Below, one piece after another: positions 63,811-64,000 of a stretch of DNA of 64,000 nucleotides (its first letter is position 1; the number at the start of each line of letters is the position of its first letter). The position numbers and the translations under genes were made by a program. Source of the DNA: Carcharhinus longimanus (Eukaryota); contig JASCQW010000150.1 in NCBI GenBank assembly GCA_030264375.1, forward strand, positions 36,125,803 through 36,189,802. The letters run 5' to 3'. The notes under the pieces are model-generated. The model saw nothing but the letters and a program-made list of their open reading frames with translations. It was not told the DNA's origin and searched no databases.

Positions 63811-64000
63811 TAGAGTATTGAGCGGTGGGTTTTCTGAAACCATCTAATTGCACTTTGTGCTATACTGCCAGTGTACTCTGCACACAAGATTCCAGCTTAA
63901 AGTCCATTCCTGGTTTAACTCAACAGCTAAGTCTTGTACCAAAGTTATATTAACAGAAAGGTCTTTCATGTCACGCCAGAACTTTTATAAAAAGCCAGTA

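Overview
Vertebrate genomic DNA, almost certainly from a shark (HE1-type V-SINEs, HER1/CR1 LINEs, a DeuSINE, Penelope elements), with several N gaps. The left part (~7.6-38.6 kb, + strand) is an immunoglobulin light-chain locus of sigma type made of three tandem, progressively decayed units. Unit 1 has an intact-looking V with a 12-RSS, a 23-RSS and J, and a C exon whose centre is in a gap. Unit 2 lacks V and has a J with a broken heptamer plus a pseudo-C. Unit 3 is a pseudo-C split by a SINE and a Penelope element. The right end (- strand) holds the last four coding exons of ELAVL1/HuR, convergent with the Ig locus. The most interesting signals are: a conserved GT-AG mini-intron in the V-J spacer plus an in-frame ATG that could give a recombination-independent J-C product; a conserved non-consensus J nonamer; in-frame V/J microhomology; linkage of IgL-sigma to ELAVL1 (human 19p13 MHC paralogon); candidate enhancers and a CTCF-like site; and hammerhead-ribozyme relics in the Penelope repeats. 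All calls were made by eye, with no searches run; repeat boundaries are approximate.
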